Both the position numbers and the translations under genes were made by a program. From positions 496,001 through 560,000 of the forward strand of contig JAAOMT010000690.1 in assembly GCA_016748015.1 (NCBI GenBank): a stretch of 64,000 nt of DNA, in the 5' to 3' direction. The notes under the pieces are model-generated. The model did no database searches. It was not told the DNA's origin and saw only the letters and a program-made list of their open reading frames with translations. This document shows positions 50,881 through 64,000 of this stretch, one piece after another. The DNA is from Geosiphon pyriformis uo1 (taxonomy: Eukaryota > Fungi > Glomeromycota). How positions within the stretch are numbered: the first letter of the stretch is position 1; the number at the start of each line of letters is the position of its first letter.

Positions 50881-53242
50881 GACGAGAGCAATTTTCTAGG
50901 TATTGGCTGGGCCAATTGAGAAAATTTTTCTTGTAGGAAAATATATATATTTTCCTCCCAAAGTTGTTATCAGGACTATTAAGCATGGCTGAATAAAATC
51001 ACATTACAACGAAAAGTATTAGAAGGCTGTAAAAGATTAGATATTAATAAATTTAATTCCAAGGTTTTTTAAGCACAAAATTAATTATTATTTTGAGAAG
51101 CGAAAATTTTTCATCTAAAACCTTAGATAAAAATTAAAATTAAGTGGTAAAAGATTAGAATTGTAAACTTAAAAGGTGGATGGGATTTTATTTTACAAAA
51201 AGTTTTTTTAAAAATTTCGAATCATTGCAAGTTGAGATTTTATGAAATTAGTAACCAAAGCATACGATATTTTTCAAAAAAGTTGGAACTGGTTCCATAC
51301 CGAAATTTCTAATTGTGATTGAAAAAACTTTTATGTAGGATTCAGAATTAGAATCAAAAAAATACGAATGAAGCTTTTTACATTCCATGGATTGTGTTGT
51401 AGGTTTGTTAAAATAGAGACGCATAGTGTTTCTAATAATAAAAGCTGCAAGAAATGTTTATAATGGCTAATTTTTGAAAAGGATGATTCTTTTTTGTATG
51501 AAATGAAGCTTTTTTGAACTTTGGGATAAGAATAAATTTCTAGCTCATTTTATTTATTTGTTTATTTGTTTGTTTTATTATGAAAAAAATATGAAATCAA
51601 TTGAAGAATATTAATATCCAATAATTATCTATTCTCACAATTATTCTACAAATGTCAATTAGAGTGTTTGGAATATGAATTTTTATTTATAGATGAAAAC
51701 AACAAAATTTCTCCCGATTTTATGTTAAAATTTTTGGAATAATAGAAGGTATTTTTCCTTTGAAAAAGTTATTTAAAATATTTCTTACAAGAAAGTGTTA
51801 GGGGCGGCCATAAAAGGTTGTGAGCCTTTTGCCACTTAAAACATATATATTAAAGATTTCTAATTGATACGCTCTTGCAACAATTTTTTATAATCGTATC
51901 AATTCAATCAGCAATATATCCAAAGAGTAGAATAAAAATATGAATCGGATTAGAATTGACGATTAATATTGCTCTTTGAATATAAAGCAAAATCAAACTG
52001 AGACGATTTCAAGATTTGAAGAGTCCATAATTTTATTATAACTCTCAACAAATTCAAACCCACTGAAATGAGGCTTGTTGATATTCTATCATTCTTTGGA
52101 TTGAATTTTTGGTTATTCTGTCGGTTGCTTCATTGTATTGTAGAGAAAAATAAAATTTCGATAGATTATCATTTGTTTTGTATGACTATTTTAAACCTTT
52201 CTAAATGTATTATGTCTAGAAAGGGATATTATAAAAGTTAAATCGTATTTCCACCCTAAACAAGTTTTTTTTCGCATTTTGTTAAAGCCTAATTGCCGTA
52301 ATTTTTCGCGGATAAATTAACGATTAATTTTCATTATAACTTGTGGTTACCAATAAAATTTATAGTAGTAGATTTATACTTTTGGTCACAGCATTTGTTT
52401 GATGCAATAAAATTTAAAGTTAAGAATATATAATGAAAATGCGATTGGTATTTTCTTTTGCAAAAAAAAAAAAGAACAGTGAAATAGTTTAGATTTATTA
52501 GGTAAACTCCGTAATTAAAATTTATCTACGATTTTCCCTTGCATATTTCGGGAATGTATTCTAAAAAAAGATAAAATGAAAACTATATTCAAGAAAAATA
52601 AATTGGGTTAGACCATATTATCAGAATTAAAAATTTTTATTATTAAGTTGTCTTATCTTTAAATATATAATCTTGAAAAGATCAAAGATTTTGTTCTCAT
52701 CAACTATTTTATATGCATTTTAATATCTCTACCGCTGAGTTTTACAGTTTCAACAAGCTACCAAATCAGGTTGTTTTCCTCGACTATCGTCAAATTGAAA
52801 AGTTTCGCAATTTTTTTTTTGAAAAACAGCACCATTTGTCTGCATGTATTGAACTTTGAATAATGTTTTTTTATTTAAGTTTTTCCATAAAAACTGCCTG
52901 ACTTATAATCAAGGTTTTTGATTTTCTTTAAACAGACCTCTTTTAATCTTTTTCACAGTTAATGTTGAGAAAATACTTTAATAAACAAAGTTTTTTCTAA
53001 TCATTAATTTATTCATCTATTCACACAAATGCATGCTGTTGTTCAATCGGTTAGGTTTTATCAAAGTTTTCTAGACGATGCGTATATTAGAGTTTATGCT
53101 TATGTATGGGAAGGACATAGATAAGGAAATAACTTTATTATCCAACAAAACTCATCGACTTCAAATATAAAGACGTTTGTTGTCAACCAAAAGACAGGAA
53201 ATTTAAAATTGTTATAAAATTTAAAAGATATTCTGAACTATT

Positions 53243-55337
53243 ATGCTTTTCATATATATCATTATTTTAATTGCTACTTTTTACTTTTGTAAAATCAAAT
53301 TTTTTAAAGCAAAAATCCATGCTGGAAAACAATTGCCTGTACCAGCAGGCTGGATTCCTTTTTTTGGTATGATATTTTTTTTCACAGAATGCTCCAAAAT
53401 TTTTACTTTTAGATCAATTTAAATTGAATTATAAAATTATAGGACACGCTTTTTCGCTCAGTATGAATATGGATAAAAAGTTTGCATCATTCTTTAATTT
53501 TAATTTTTAATTTATTTGAAGTACATATTGAAATTATTCGTTTCGTCAATACACATTAATTTTTACAGGTTTGCTGAATGGAGCGAAAAGTGTGGTGACA
53601 TTTTCATGATTTATGTTGGTCCTATGCGTTGGATCATTATCAACAGTCCTAAAATCGTTGACGACCTCGTTCAAAAACGTGACTAATCTTTTGTCATTTA
53701 TAAATTTCACGATAATTTTCAAAATTAATCTTTACATTAATTAATAGGAGGTGCGATTTATTCTTCACGCGAAGATTTATATCTGCTTAATCTTTTGGCA
53801 CGAAAAAAGAGTTTCATTTTTTCACCTTATAATAAATGGTATCGAAAAATGATGCCGTTAGGTTGGGAAGCCAAGTCTCAGTTTAATTCTTTTGCTAATA
53901 ATGTTTGACAAAATTTTAATTTTTTTTTCTTTAAAAAGCCCACAGTTTTTTAAATCAAGGAAAAATCGAATCTTATTCTCACCTGATCGCAGAATGCAGC
54001 AAAGACCTCGTGTGTGATATTTTAAAGGATAATAAAAAACCAGACGGAATCAATCCTACGCATCAACTCCGTTTCGCATCATTTAATATTATTGTAAATA
54101 TTCTTTTTGGAATTAAATTTGAGAATTCCAAAGATCCCCTTTATATAAAGTTAGATCAATTCTTTACAAGACACATTGACCTGATAAAATTCCAGAATTT
54201 GTTTCCAAATCGATACCCAATTTTACTCTCATTTCCTCCCTTCCGAAAGGAGCTTTCAAAGACTCTTGAATTACGCGACGAGTGGGAAGCAGTAACGCGA
54301 AGCTTGTTGAAAAAGGTGGAAGATGATCCAGGGAAAAAGCCATGTGTCGCTCGGGATTTTTTGAGTAAACAGGATGAAGGTTTGATTGATGAATTTGACG
54401 TGATAAAACTGGCTGAATTGTTTTTACTTGCAGGAACAGTACGTTACAAATAAAATTTTATACGAATCGAATTGCTCTTTTAAAAAAGATGAGTTTTAAA
54501 CTTATTTTTTTGTAAAAAAAATATAGGAAACTGTGGCAACTAGCATACACTGGCTCATTGGAATTTTGGCAAATCATCCAGAGTTTCAGCAAAAAGCTCA
54601 TGAAGAATTAGATAGAGTAGTTGGACGTGAACGTTTGCCAACTAATTCCGATTTTACCTCCCTTCTATATATCCAATCACTCGTTAAAGAAACTCTTCGT
54701 TGGGCTCCTCCAGTTCTGAAACTTTCTTTGTGATATTGCTAAATTTCGTAATTTTTTTTAAAAATTAATGCCTTTATATGTCTGTTTTTTTTTCTAGCTC
54801 TCACTAGCATTTAGATATCTTGAACAAGATGATGAATATATGGGATATCAAATTCCAAAAAATTCAGCAATTATCTTGAATATTTACGCGCTTAACTCGG
54901 ACAAGAATCGGTATGAAAACCCCGATATTTTCAATCCAGATCGATTTATCAATTCAAAAGAAAGTATCGCTGCTTCATCAAAAGGCCCCTACCAAAATCG
55001 AGATCAATTTTCATTTTCAGTTGGAAGACGACAGTGTACTGGAATTTATTTAGTAGGTCCTTTTTATAAAATTTCAGACATTTTATTGCCTTTTTGAGGC
55101 GAAATAAACCAAATATCTAATTTGCATTTTTCGGTGAAAACTGTATAGGCTGAAGCAGAATTACTGTATATGTCAAGCACGCTACTTTGGGCTTTCGAAA
55201 TTGAAAATACAAAAAGAGACGCAACTGGAAAATCTATTCCTATTGATTTAAGCAATTCTTTCTCGTCTGTTGTTCAAACCGCTAAACCTTATATAGTTAG
55301 ATTCATTCCGAGACATGCCAAAATCGAATCCTTTTAA
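53243..55337 (+). CDS. Cytochrome P450, 504 aa
   Basis: Exons 53243-53366, 53443-53479, 53569-53678, 53748-53861, 53939-54438, 54527-54712, 54798-55052 and 55149-55337 (1515 nt). N-terminal anchor and Pro hinge; I-helix AGTET; ETLR; PDRF; heme motif FSVGRRQCTG. Confidence 0.95.
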
Positions 55338-56362
55338 AGTTAAAATAAAGCTATGCCGGTAAAAGTCCTTAGGTATTTTATTAACATTTCACTTGGCACT
55401 AGCATCTTTGACATTAGAAAAAATTAAAATGTTAGGATTTTAGAGGATATGCATCATCACATGTAGGACTTTTAAAAGCTAATAAATGCCTCAATAACTT
55501 TAATAAGGATTTCTACGAACAATTAATGGTTCTTATAATTTATAACTTAAATATTTAATTAAAACTATAAACTTTCGACTATTTTTGAAAATCTTTTATA
55601 AAATATATCATCAAAATTAAAAAATATATTGAAATAATAGACTCAATTTGAGTAAGATAATTTTTTTGGCAGAAATTACAAGAAAAAAAAGATATTAATT
55701 TTTGGATATCCATATAAACTTGTCAGTATATATTGATAATGCTCATTTTTAAATTTATGTACTTTGAAAATTTTCACATAAATAAGTTTGGAAATAATAT
55801 TGAAAAATGATATTTGCTTAATAAAAAGATAAAATTACATCAGTTCATTCTAAAATTAACTAGTCTTAATTTATTTATTATTTTGAAATAAATTTTAGTT
55901 ATGTATATTTAATATATAATATATAGAATTTTAAAAAGATTTGCTGTTTAAAGTTATTATATCATAAAAAATACAGCCGGGTTATTCTCAAACAGTTTTA
56001 TTTTCTAAACAAAAAGAAATTTCAAAAAACCATTCTCTAATTTGAACTAATTAATAAATAAGAAACCTCAACATCTATTATTAAAGTTTTTGGGTAGACT
56101 ATCAATAAAATACTAAAACAATATTGCTATTTCAATCTTTTGACTTAATATCTCCGATTTGTTTACTTTTGATTTTAATTTTCTTAAGGCTCAGTGCCTT
56201 TATCCACATATGTTTTTGAAAAATAAATTCTACTTTGAAAGTATTAACAAGTTTTTATTCATTCAGAGTTTTTATGCTAATTACTAGAATACTTCCACAA
56301 GGTTGTACCTATTTATCTAAATCAATAATGTACTGGAGTGTCAAGAGGAGACCAATCTTTGA

Positions 56363-57343
56363 ATGCTGCTTTGTCAGAATTTCAGCAAGATTTCCATGGC
56401 ATTTGATTATGTTTTCAAAGGTTTTGTATAAAATATGCTCTTATTTAGAAGATGTTCTTGTTGGCTGTCAAAAATTGTGATATAATATTTAAAATGGCAG
56501 TTCGTGTAATATTACACAACTAAATAACTATATAAATAAATTTTGCTTTTGACTAATTCGCGAATGTTCTGAATGAAAATGATTAACCATTATTTATTTT
56601 GAACATTATAAATTGTCGAAAAATAATTTAATTTCAAGAATTTATGGAGAAAAAAATTAATCATTTCAATATTTATATACTTTGTATTTTACTTTTGGTC
56701 GCATAAAATTTTTGAAGACTGGATAGTTTCCCATCAACATTTCTATAAACAGGATAGAAATCTCACTTTCCTCATTGTGGTTGATTGGAAAAATTAAATT
56801 AAAGCTCCTTTCCAATTCAATCGAATCACAAAACGATCTCAATCATTTCCTAAAACTTTAATGGATCTTGAAAGAGGTTTTTTACCGCTTATAAAGACTT
56901 GGCATATCTTGCAAGTTATTGCAATTTAGGAAGTGCGCCTATAAACGGTTTAATCCTTTTAGAATAAACAATTGATTTATGTCAAATATTATTTTTTGCT
57001 ATTTATCTTAAATTTTTATTCTTGAGTCAAATACAAATTTATCACAAATAGAACTCTTGATATGGCGTTAGTTGTGTACTTTGCAGGACCAGTAATCATT
57101 TATCATTTCTTAAAATAGCATGTCAGAATCAAATTCATTGTATAGGAATTTCTTTATTTCTTTCTTTGAAAAGAAATAAAATTTCCTAGCACACTGTGAT
57201 GGATAGACAAATTTATTTCAAATAGAAAACTTACCAACACATGCCGATGATATTTGTGTCAATAAACCAGTCATGGAATTTATTGAATCCGTCTTTTCCA
57301 GTATTATAAAAAATATACGGAATAATTTAAGAGGAAATCCACC
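56363..57343 (+). pseudogene. Truncated inverted duplicate of the upstream and 5' part of the lipase pseudogene (24830-25866)
   Basis: Long near-identical reverse-complement match, e.g. ggaagtgcgcctataaacggtttaatccttttagaataaa and aacttaccaacacatgccgatgatatttgtg. It ends where the Gypsy relic begins. Confidence 0.9.
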
Positions 57344-60265
57344 CAACTCTTATACTATGTAATCTTTAAACAAATACCACCTAATTTCGAATATCTGAAT
57401 CATCAAATTTACATTTGGATAGCTGCCCATCAATTAATTAAGAACTCTCTTGAAACAAAAGAAGAAAGCTACCAAACCACTACTGTTTTTTATCCTTTTT
57501 TAAGTAAATCAAATACCTCTACAAAAACAGTTATCCCAGAACCAATGGCTAATGACCCAATATAAGCAAATATTCTGGCTGCTCTCTAAAACCCACAAAC
57601 TGCTTTGAAACGAAAAAACAACACCTCACTATTCTTATTTAGAGATAATATACAAAATCTAATTAAATAGTTGGATAACTTTGAAAAAGCAACAACAACC
57701 AACCAGTATGATAATAATTACAAGTTCCAGATTATTGGTCGCTATTTTTAAGGATTTTCTGCCACTTGTTTCTTCCAAAAAATTACTGCTGGTGTCTCTT
57801 AAAAAATAAAAAGATGGACTTTTGAAAATACTATTTCTTTTATTATCCAGTTTAAACAGAAGTTTAGAACTTCCATTTTAATTTCTAAATCATATAAAAC
57901 TAGAAAAAAGAACTCAAAATTCTGGTAAAACTGTAACTGAATATGCTAAAAACATAAGAAAGTTAATCAAAAGAGTAGACATTAAAAGAGATTAAACAGA
58001 AGAGCAAAAGATTTACTTCTTTATAAAAAAATTAAAAACCAATTTGTTGTATGTTTTTTGGTCTTTTTTGGTCTTAAAAAACAATTTCACAATAAACATG
58101 GCTATAGAATTAGCCCAAAAAATCAAAAATAATTAAAAAATGCATTTAGAATTTACACTTCTAATTTTTGCTTCTATTTTTGTTATTTTCAGTTTTACAA
58201 ATAACTGTTATCTCTTTTGCTGTTCAAATCTAAGATCAAATAAACAACTCATAAACAGACTTATAGTTAATCTTGTCTAAATATTAGAACTATTAGCACA
58301 AGCAATAAAAAAAATTAATAGTCTTAGAAATTTAGATATAAATCTTATTTCAATTAATCTTAACAATTACTCTATAATCAAAACAATAAAATCATAGTCT
58401 ATCTGTATATTATTACTGTAAATTAACTAAACACTTTTTAAGAGATTAAAACAATTCTCTTTTATCTTCTTTAATTTTCAGAAAAAATAACAATTAAAAT
58501 AATAAAGCTAACAATAATAATACTTCAAATCAAAAACCAAATCAATCAATCTGAATTTTTTAATTAAAGCTATTATTTATTAGTCTTCAAATTAATAAGT
58601 ATATTTCCAAAGAATAAGAGTACAAGTCAATTAAAAAAAAATCTCTTCTATTTTTTTAACTTAACTAATAATAATTATGACATAAATAAATTAAATATTA
58701 ATGATTAAGTTTGTTTTAAATTTCAATAAAGTTTTAATATTTATAGTTAACAACTATAAGCTTCTAAAGCCAAAGTTTTTTAAAAATTCTTCAAAATTAA
58801 AAATTCCAAAAATTATATAAAATTCTGAATCTTATTCTGTTGTAAAAAATTTTATAAAAACTTAGCACATATTACTTTTGGCCAATTAATAACTTATTTT
58901 CAATTTAAAAAAAATTTTCACAAATTTTTAATCCTAAAAAAAAAGATTCCAAAAACTTATAAATATTTTTACCAAGCAAAATTTGCTAATAACAACAATA
59001 TTACTCTCTTGATTTACAAAGCCCAAGTAACTGGTTATTTTATTAAATTAATCTTAGATAATAAATTATCTGTTAGCATTATTACTAAACACTTTTTAGA
59101 AGTTATTAAAAAAAAATTAATCAAACTTTTAATCAAACTCATAATCAATATATATAGTAACAAAAAAAAAATTTGACATAATTAAAGCTGTTTTTGTCTG
59201 AATTAATAATATTTCCATTAAAATTGACATAAAAGTTTTTAAAGTTAAAAAATATACAATTATTGTTGACAATAAATAACTCAAAAAAACTAAAGTTTTG
59301 CTTAATTATAAATTCTCTAAATTAACTATTAAATATAATAAAAAGCTTATTATAATTAAGTACTATTATTAAACAACTTTTTCAAAATCAAAACTAAAAC
59401 AAAAAAGTACAAACAGAAAAATAAAAAAATAAAAAAAATAATGAAAAAAAAATAAAAATTGGTATATTTGTTAATATTATTTTTTTTAACAATAATAAAT
59501 TTTTAATAATATTAAAATTAATAAAAAAAAATTATAGTAAATAGCAAAATAATTTATTAATCTTATTATAATATTTTTTAAAGAATTTTTAACAGAAAAC
59601 CTAATAAAAAAACCAAATACAATTATTAGTAACATAGTTTTTATTTAGTATTAATATAATAAACTATTATATTCTCTTTACAATAAATATATGATTTGTT
59701 AAATTTATTACAAAAATTAAGAATTTATCAGTTTAATATCCTTAAAAAAAATAAAAAAAAATAAAAGTTATTTGAAAAAAAATTTTTAAAGATACAATTA
59801 TTAACAATAAAACAAAAAGAATTTTTCTTAAAAGAAAAAAAAGTAGACATTAAAAATTTACCGGCTAAAAACAAATTAGTAATTTTAAAAAAATAATGTT
59901 TTTAAAATAAACTAATATAATACAATACACTATTGCTATCAAAAAAATTGTCTTATCTATTTAAAGCCATACCAATCTAACTGCCACAATAATAAGTTTA
60001 TCAAAAAAGAGATAAATCAAATAAAAAAACTTGAGTTCATACAAAAAACCAAGAGTAAATAAATTTTTTCAGTAATAATAATTTTCAAAAAAAGTAAAAC
60101 TTTATGTTTTTGTATTAATTACTGCCAATTAAATATTATTATTAAAAAAAATATGTATTTACTTTTTAAGATTAATACAATATTAAATAAATTTTATAAT
60201 ACTGCTTTTTTGTTAACTATTAACTTAATTACTAGATTCTAACAAGTAAAAATAAGTTTTAAAGC
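57344..60265 (+). mobile_element. Ty3/Gypsy gag-protease-RT relic
   Basis: Gag: MANDPI*ANIL..LIK*LDNFEKATTTNQY (from 57546) and TVTEYAKNIRKLIK. Decayed knuckle YYCKLTKHFLRD (about 58410-58447). Protease LILDNKLSVSI for DSG (about 59048-59080). RT: LCFCINYCQLN and INLITRF*QV (about 60100-60250). Confidence 0.85.
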
Positions 60266-60578
60266 TACATATATATATATATAAATAATAATAAAAATAT
60301 ATTTTAATACTGGCTTGATTTTTTTGAATTTTAATAGTATTAATTTTAATTTTTAAAACTTATAATTGTTTTTATTTTAAAATAATAAAATAAATTTTAT
60401 TCAATATTAATAAACATATTAATAAAATATTGTACAATACAATAATTATTAAATAACAATTATATAATAGGATTTGTTAAATTTATACTGATAAATCAAA
60501 GATCTGAAATGTTATTGACATAAATTAAACATATATTAGGCCATATCTTTCCAAATCATAACAAATACACAAAACACT

Positions 60579-62760
60579 ATGACAAGTGTTGAAGATATTA
60601 AACAAGCATTAAAAAATGCTAAGACTGAGTATAATAAATATGAAAAGAAGCTAAATAAAAAGAAGGAGAAGCTGAAAAAAAAGAAGGAAAAACTAGAAAA
60701 GTTAATGAAATGTGAAAAGAAAGATGAATTACATAAATTGAAGAAAAATTTGAGACAGGAGAAGTACAAGAATAAAAACGAAAAACATTGGTAGATAGAA
60801 GATATATAAGTGCTAAAAAAGCAAAAAAAAAGCTAAAAAAAAGTAAAAGAGCTAAAAGTAGAAAAGAACAAGTGGAAGTTGCAAATGCAATAATTATAAA
60901 ATACATTGATAGAAACAACTAAAACATGTAACTTAAATGTTGAAAAATGAAGTAGGATAAAAAAGTACTTTCTTATCCACCCTATTACTATTATTCTTTA
61001 TTTATTTAACTAATTTGTGCTCATTCACTTCTGTCTCTTGCTTCCAAAATTGCTTTGCATTTAACTCAATAATAAAACTTTTTGACTTAATATTAGCTCT
61101 TAACTTAAGTTTTACTCTTTACCTTCATTATTATTTATATGTATTTTTATATATATAAGAGAACATTCAATATACTTTTATGATGTTAATTAATTATTGC
61201 TTTTTTCTTTCTTTTTTCTTGTCACCAATATGCTTTATTTGTTTCTTATAGCTAAGTCTTCTACTGATAAGTTATTTGTTCAATCTATTTTTATTAATAT
61301 GTGTTTTGAATTTGAAAATGATTTATTTTAGTATTAAGTTTTGTCTAGTATAAATACTAAGTTGTAATTTTTTCTAGAACTTGACAATAAGTTCATCCTC
61401 TTTTCTTTAAAATCTCTGAAACATGAGTACTTTTTTTTGTAACTAAATTCAATTAAAATTATAACTATGCTTTCTTATTTCTAACTACAATACATAAAAT
61501 TTAGAATCAATGGTGAAAGCATTTAAGCAAAAATACAAAGATGATCTTAGTGTCTTGCAGTTTTTTAAAAAACATATTAATAACTGTGTACACAAGTAAA
61601 CAACTTTTCAGGATTTTAAATATTATGCTTCATACAATGTTTTCTTCTAAGGATCTAGGACTGGGAAGTCTAGACTTCTTTATCAGCTTGCTTAAAACTA
61701 TTTTGTTATATATTTATGCTTTTGTGCAAGTTATAGTTCAGAAATTTTACCTCCAATATGAATTATTTGTGATTTTTTTTTGATAAAAGGAAAGATGAAA
61801 TAGTTTACATAGTGGCATTTTTCTGTAGTTCTTGATAGAAAAAGCATTGAAAATTGGAAAAATTAACAGCAAGATTCCGAATTTGAAAAAATATAATAAA
61901 TAAAGCTAATAGCTTAGTGAAATCCTGGAAAAAAGACTCAATTGAGTTAAATTGGATGGAAGAAGAATTTTGTACAAAAAAAATTACAGAAGTTTGGGAA
62001 AAAATTAAACCTCATTTATCGAAAATTGTTAACAAAAAGACAAAACTTGTATTTACATTTGATAAATCACAGATTTTACTAGGACAAAATAAAGTGTTTA
62101 TCTACACTCGCCAAGCTTTATATTGTCTTTCTTTGGGTGTTTTTGCCATATTTGCTAATACTATTTCGAAACTCTCTGACATTGCACTATTATTATCTTT
62201 GGATTTCTTGGTCTTAGTATTTTTAATTAAGAATATACTTTTTTTGCTATTTTATTTTATGGCTACGTTTGATTTATTTAGCCAAACAAACTTGAACTCG
62301 GAACAACTATTAAAATTAGAAGAGCTGTTTGCACTAAGGCAATCTTTGTGGGGTATGACTTTAAGAAGTGCAATCAGACTTAATGAACTTATGAAACTAG
62401 CATGACAAAAACTCTTAGGTGGAAGTATAACTGTGGATGATTGGCTTAAAAACCCAACTTTGGCTTCTGCTCTTACTATTTTATCTTGTTGCATCTTACT
62501 TAATGTCATTTACATTGCTTTAGAATTAGTTTCCAGATTTATGGAGATATGTGTTCACATTTTAGAGAACCGAAATCAATTATTGGCATTCTATCTATCT
62601 GAATTAATACTTGCTAAGACTGCAGTATTGCTTATAGAAGACCAGAATGTATTAAAAAAACTACTTAACTTTATATTAGATGTATTATACACTGGTTACA
62701 TATTCAAAATTTTTCTCAAAAGTTGGCTGATGGTTTACTTACATTTACATACTTTATTTT
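60579..62760 (+). pseudogene. Relic of a coiled-coil plus P-loop NTPase gene (Crinkler-associated NTPase type)
   Basis: Walker A relic YYASYNVFF*GSRTGKSRLLYQLA..VIYLC (61621-61720); Walker B relic LVFTFDKS; then FAIFANTISK, LRQSLWG, KLLGG and FYLSELILAKTA (cf. YPSEPVLAEAA). Many stops. Linking the upstream Lys-rich ORF to this gene is inference. Confidence 0.6.
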
Positions 62761-63454
62761 GATTACTTATATCCCAAATCAGACACAATTGAAAACTTTA
62801 TTCATTCACTTTGCAGCTGTGATATATAATAATACTAAGTTTGTATGCTAATATTTTTATTAATATATATTTTGATTAGATCTGTAAAGTAAATTTATGC
62901 ATTGTTAAAGCAGTTAATTTAAATTTTTATATAATATTAGGTGATAATTTTAATAAAAATATAATAAAACAAAATATGAATTTGAAGAAATATTTTAATT
63001 AAATTTTCTTTTAAATAATCTTGTTGTCAAACTTCTGATTTAAAATAATTTAAAAAGTGTAAAAAAGATTATAAATTATATTTTTATTAATAAATATTTT
63101 TTGATAACTGTAGTTAATCAAGAGATTAATAGTGTATTTAATTTCTTTAATATTAACTATATGATTGTTATAATTTCTTTTAACTTAAGTGGTTTTTTAA
63201 ATAAATGTTTAAATAAAATTTGGAAATATACTAATAAGAATTAATAGAAATTTAAGATTAAAAATATGAATTATGCCAAATAAATATGCTTTAAGAAAGT
63301 TTTTTTTTGCTAAGTTTTTAATAGTAATAAATAAATTTGTAAACATAAAGATTCTTAATAATTTAAATATTATATAGAAAATATTGAAAAAAATAATAAT
63401 AAATTTAACTGATTTGATATTTTTAAATTTTTTTTTATTTATTTATTTAACAAG

Positions 63455-64000
63455 TGAGGTTCACATACAACCTAGCACTATACATCAAAGAAATGATCTA
63501 AACTAGACATAAATCATGCATTTTCTACACGTGACCAGCCACTTAGGCCAGTTAAAACAACACTATGCAGCTATATAGACAGAAGCTGAATTACCAATGC
63601 TGGAAAAAAACATACAAGACTTGCAAAAACCAAAATGCACACCAAAAGCTTCATCAATACCAAGCAAATCAACCACACCAGCAGAAAACCATGAAGTCAA
63701 ACCAGAGACCGAAATAGGAGATGAACCATCTAAAGGAATCAGTCTGTGTTTTTTCATATAGGCATGGTGTTTGGTCTGAACCAACCAGATCTCATCTCTA
63801 AAAGCAAGACCAAGAGAACACGCAAAATTAATGACCTCCAAACATGCCATCTTGGAATTATGGAAGACGGAGACAGCTTCACTGAACCATTTATTAAAAA
63901 CAAAACCCTTATGGAGAGCCATAGACACTGAGGACCCTAAAACACAAGACGACAACAACTACAACAAAACCGAAGAAGAGACAGAAGAACCAGAAAGTGT
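63455..64000 (+). mobile_element. 5' end of a less decayed family-B element (probable LTR), running off the window
   Basis: Abrupt GC rise at about 63455; homology to 9843-9945; A/C-rich strand bias. The ORFs here have no recognisable domain. Confidence 0.5.

Noticed and set aside
63563-63958. 131-aa minus-strand ORF
   Set aside because: Lies within the family-B repeat, has no domain, and probably reflects strand compositional bias.

Overview
Eukaryotic, very AT-rich fungal genomic DNA with short GT-AG introns, many (AAT)n microsatellites and large blocks of decayed transposons. The gene families and repeat decay style suggest an early-diverging fungus, probably Glomeromycotina (inference only). 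Gene models were spliced by hand. Apparently intact genes: a secreted lipase-3-fold protein lacking its catalytic Ser and His (22099-23500, -); a GDSL/SGNH esterase with a 17-nt micro-exon (31687-32989, -); a PY-motif two-TM protein (36004-36705, -); a SAM methyltransferase with a predicted acylated N-terminus (43229-44687, +); an MLKL-like four-helix-bundle plus pseudokinase gene with a probable acidic repeat tail (47769-50880, +); and a cytochrome P450 (53243-55337, +). Also present: a four-TM gene missed by the ORF track (26721-27611), a lipase pseudogene whose 5' part is inverted-duplicated about 31 kb away, and a Crinkler-type NTPase relic. The 10-21 kb block is a nest of insertions: a Gypsy element (PR, dUTPase, RT, RH, INT) interrupted by a LINE ORF1 relic and three related solo LTRs, one inside another. 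Repeats show pervasive C>T/G>A decay in many contexts, resembling RIP. Top leads: the MLKL-like pseudokinase, the RIP-like hypermutation and the catalytically dead secreted lipase.
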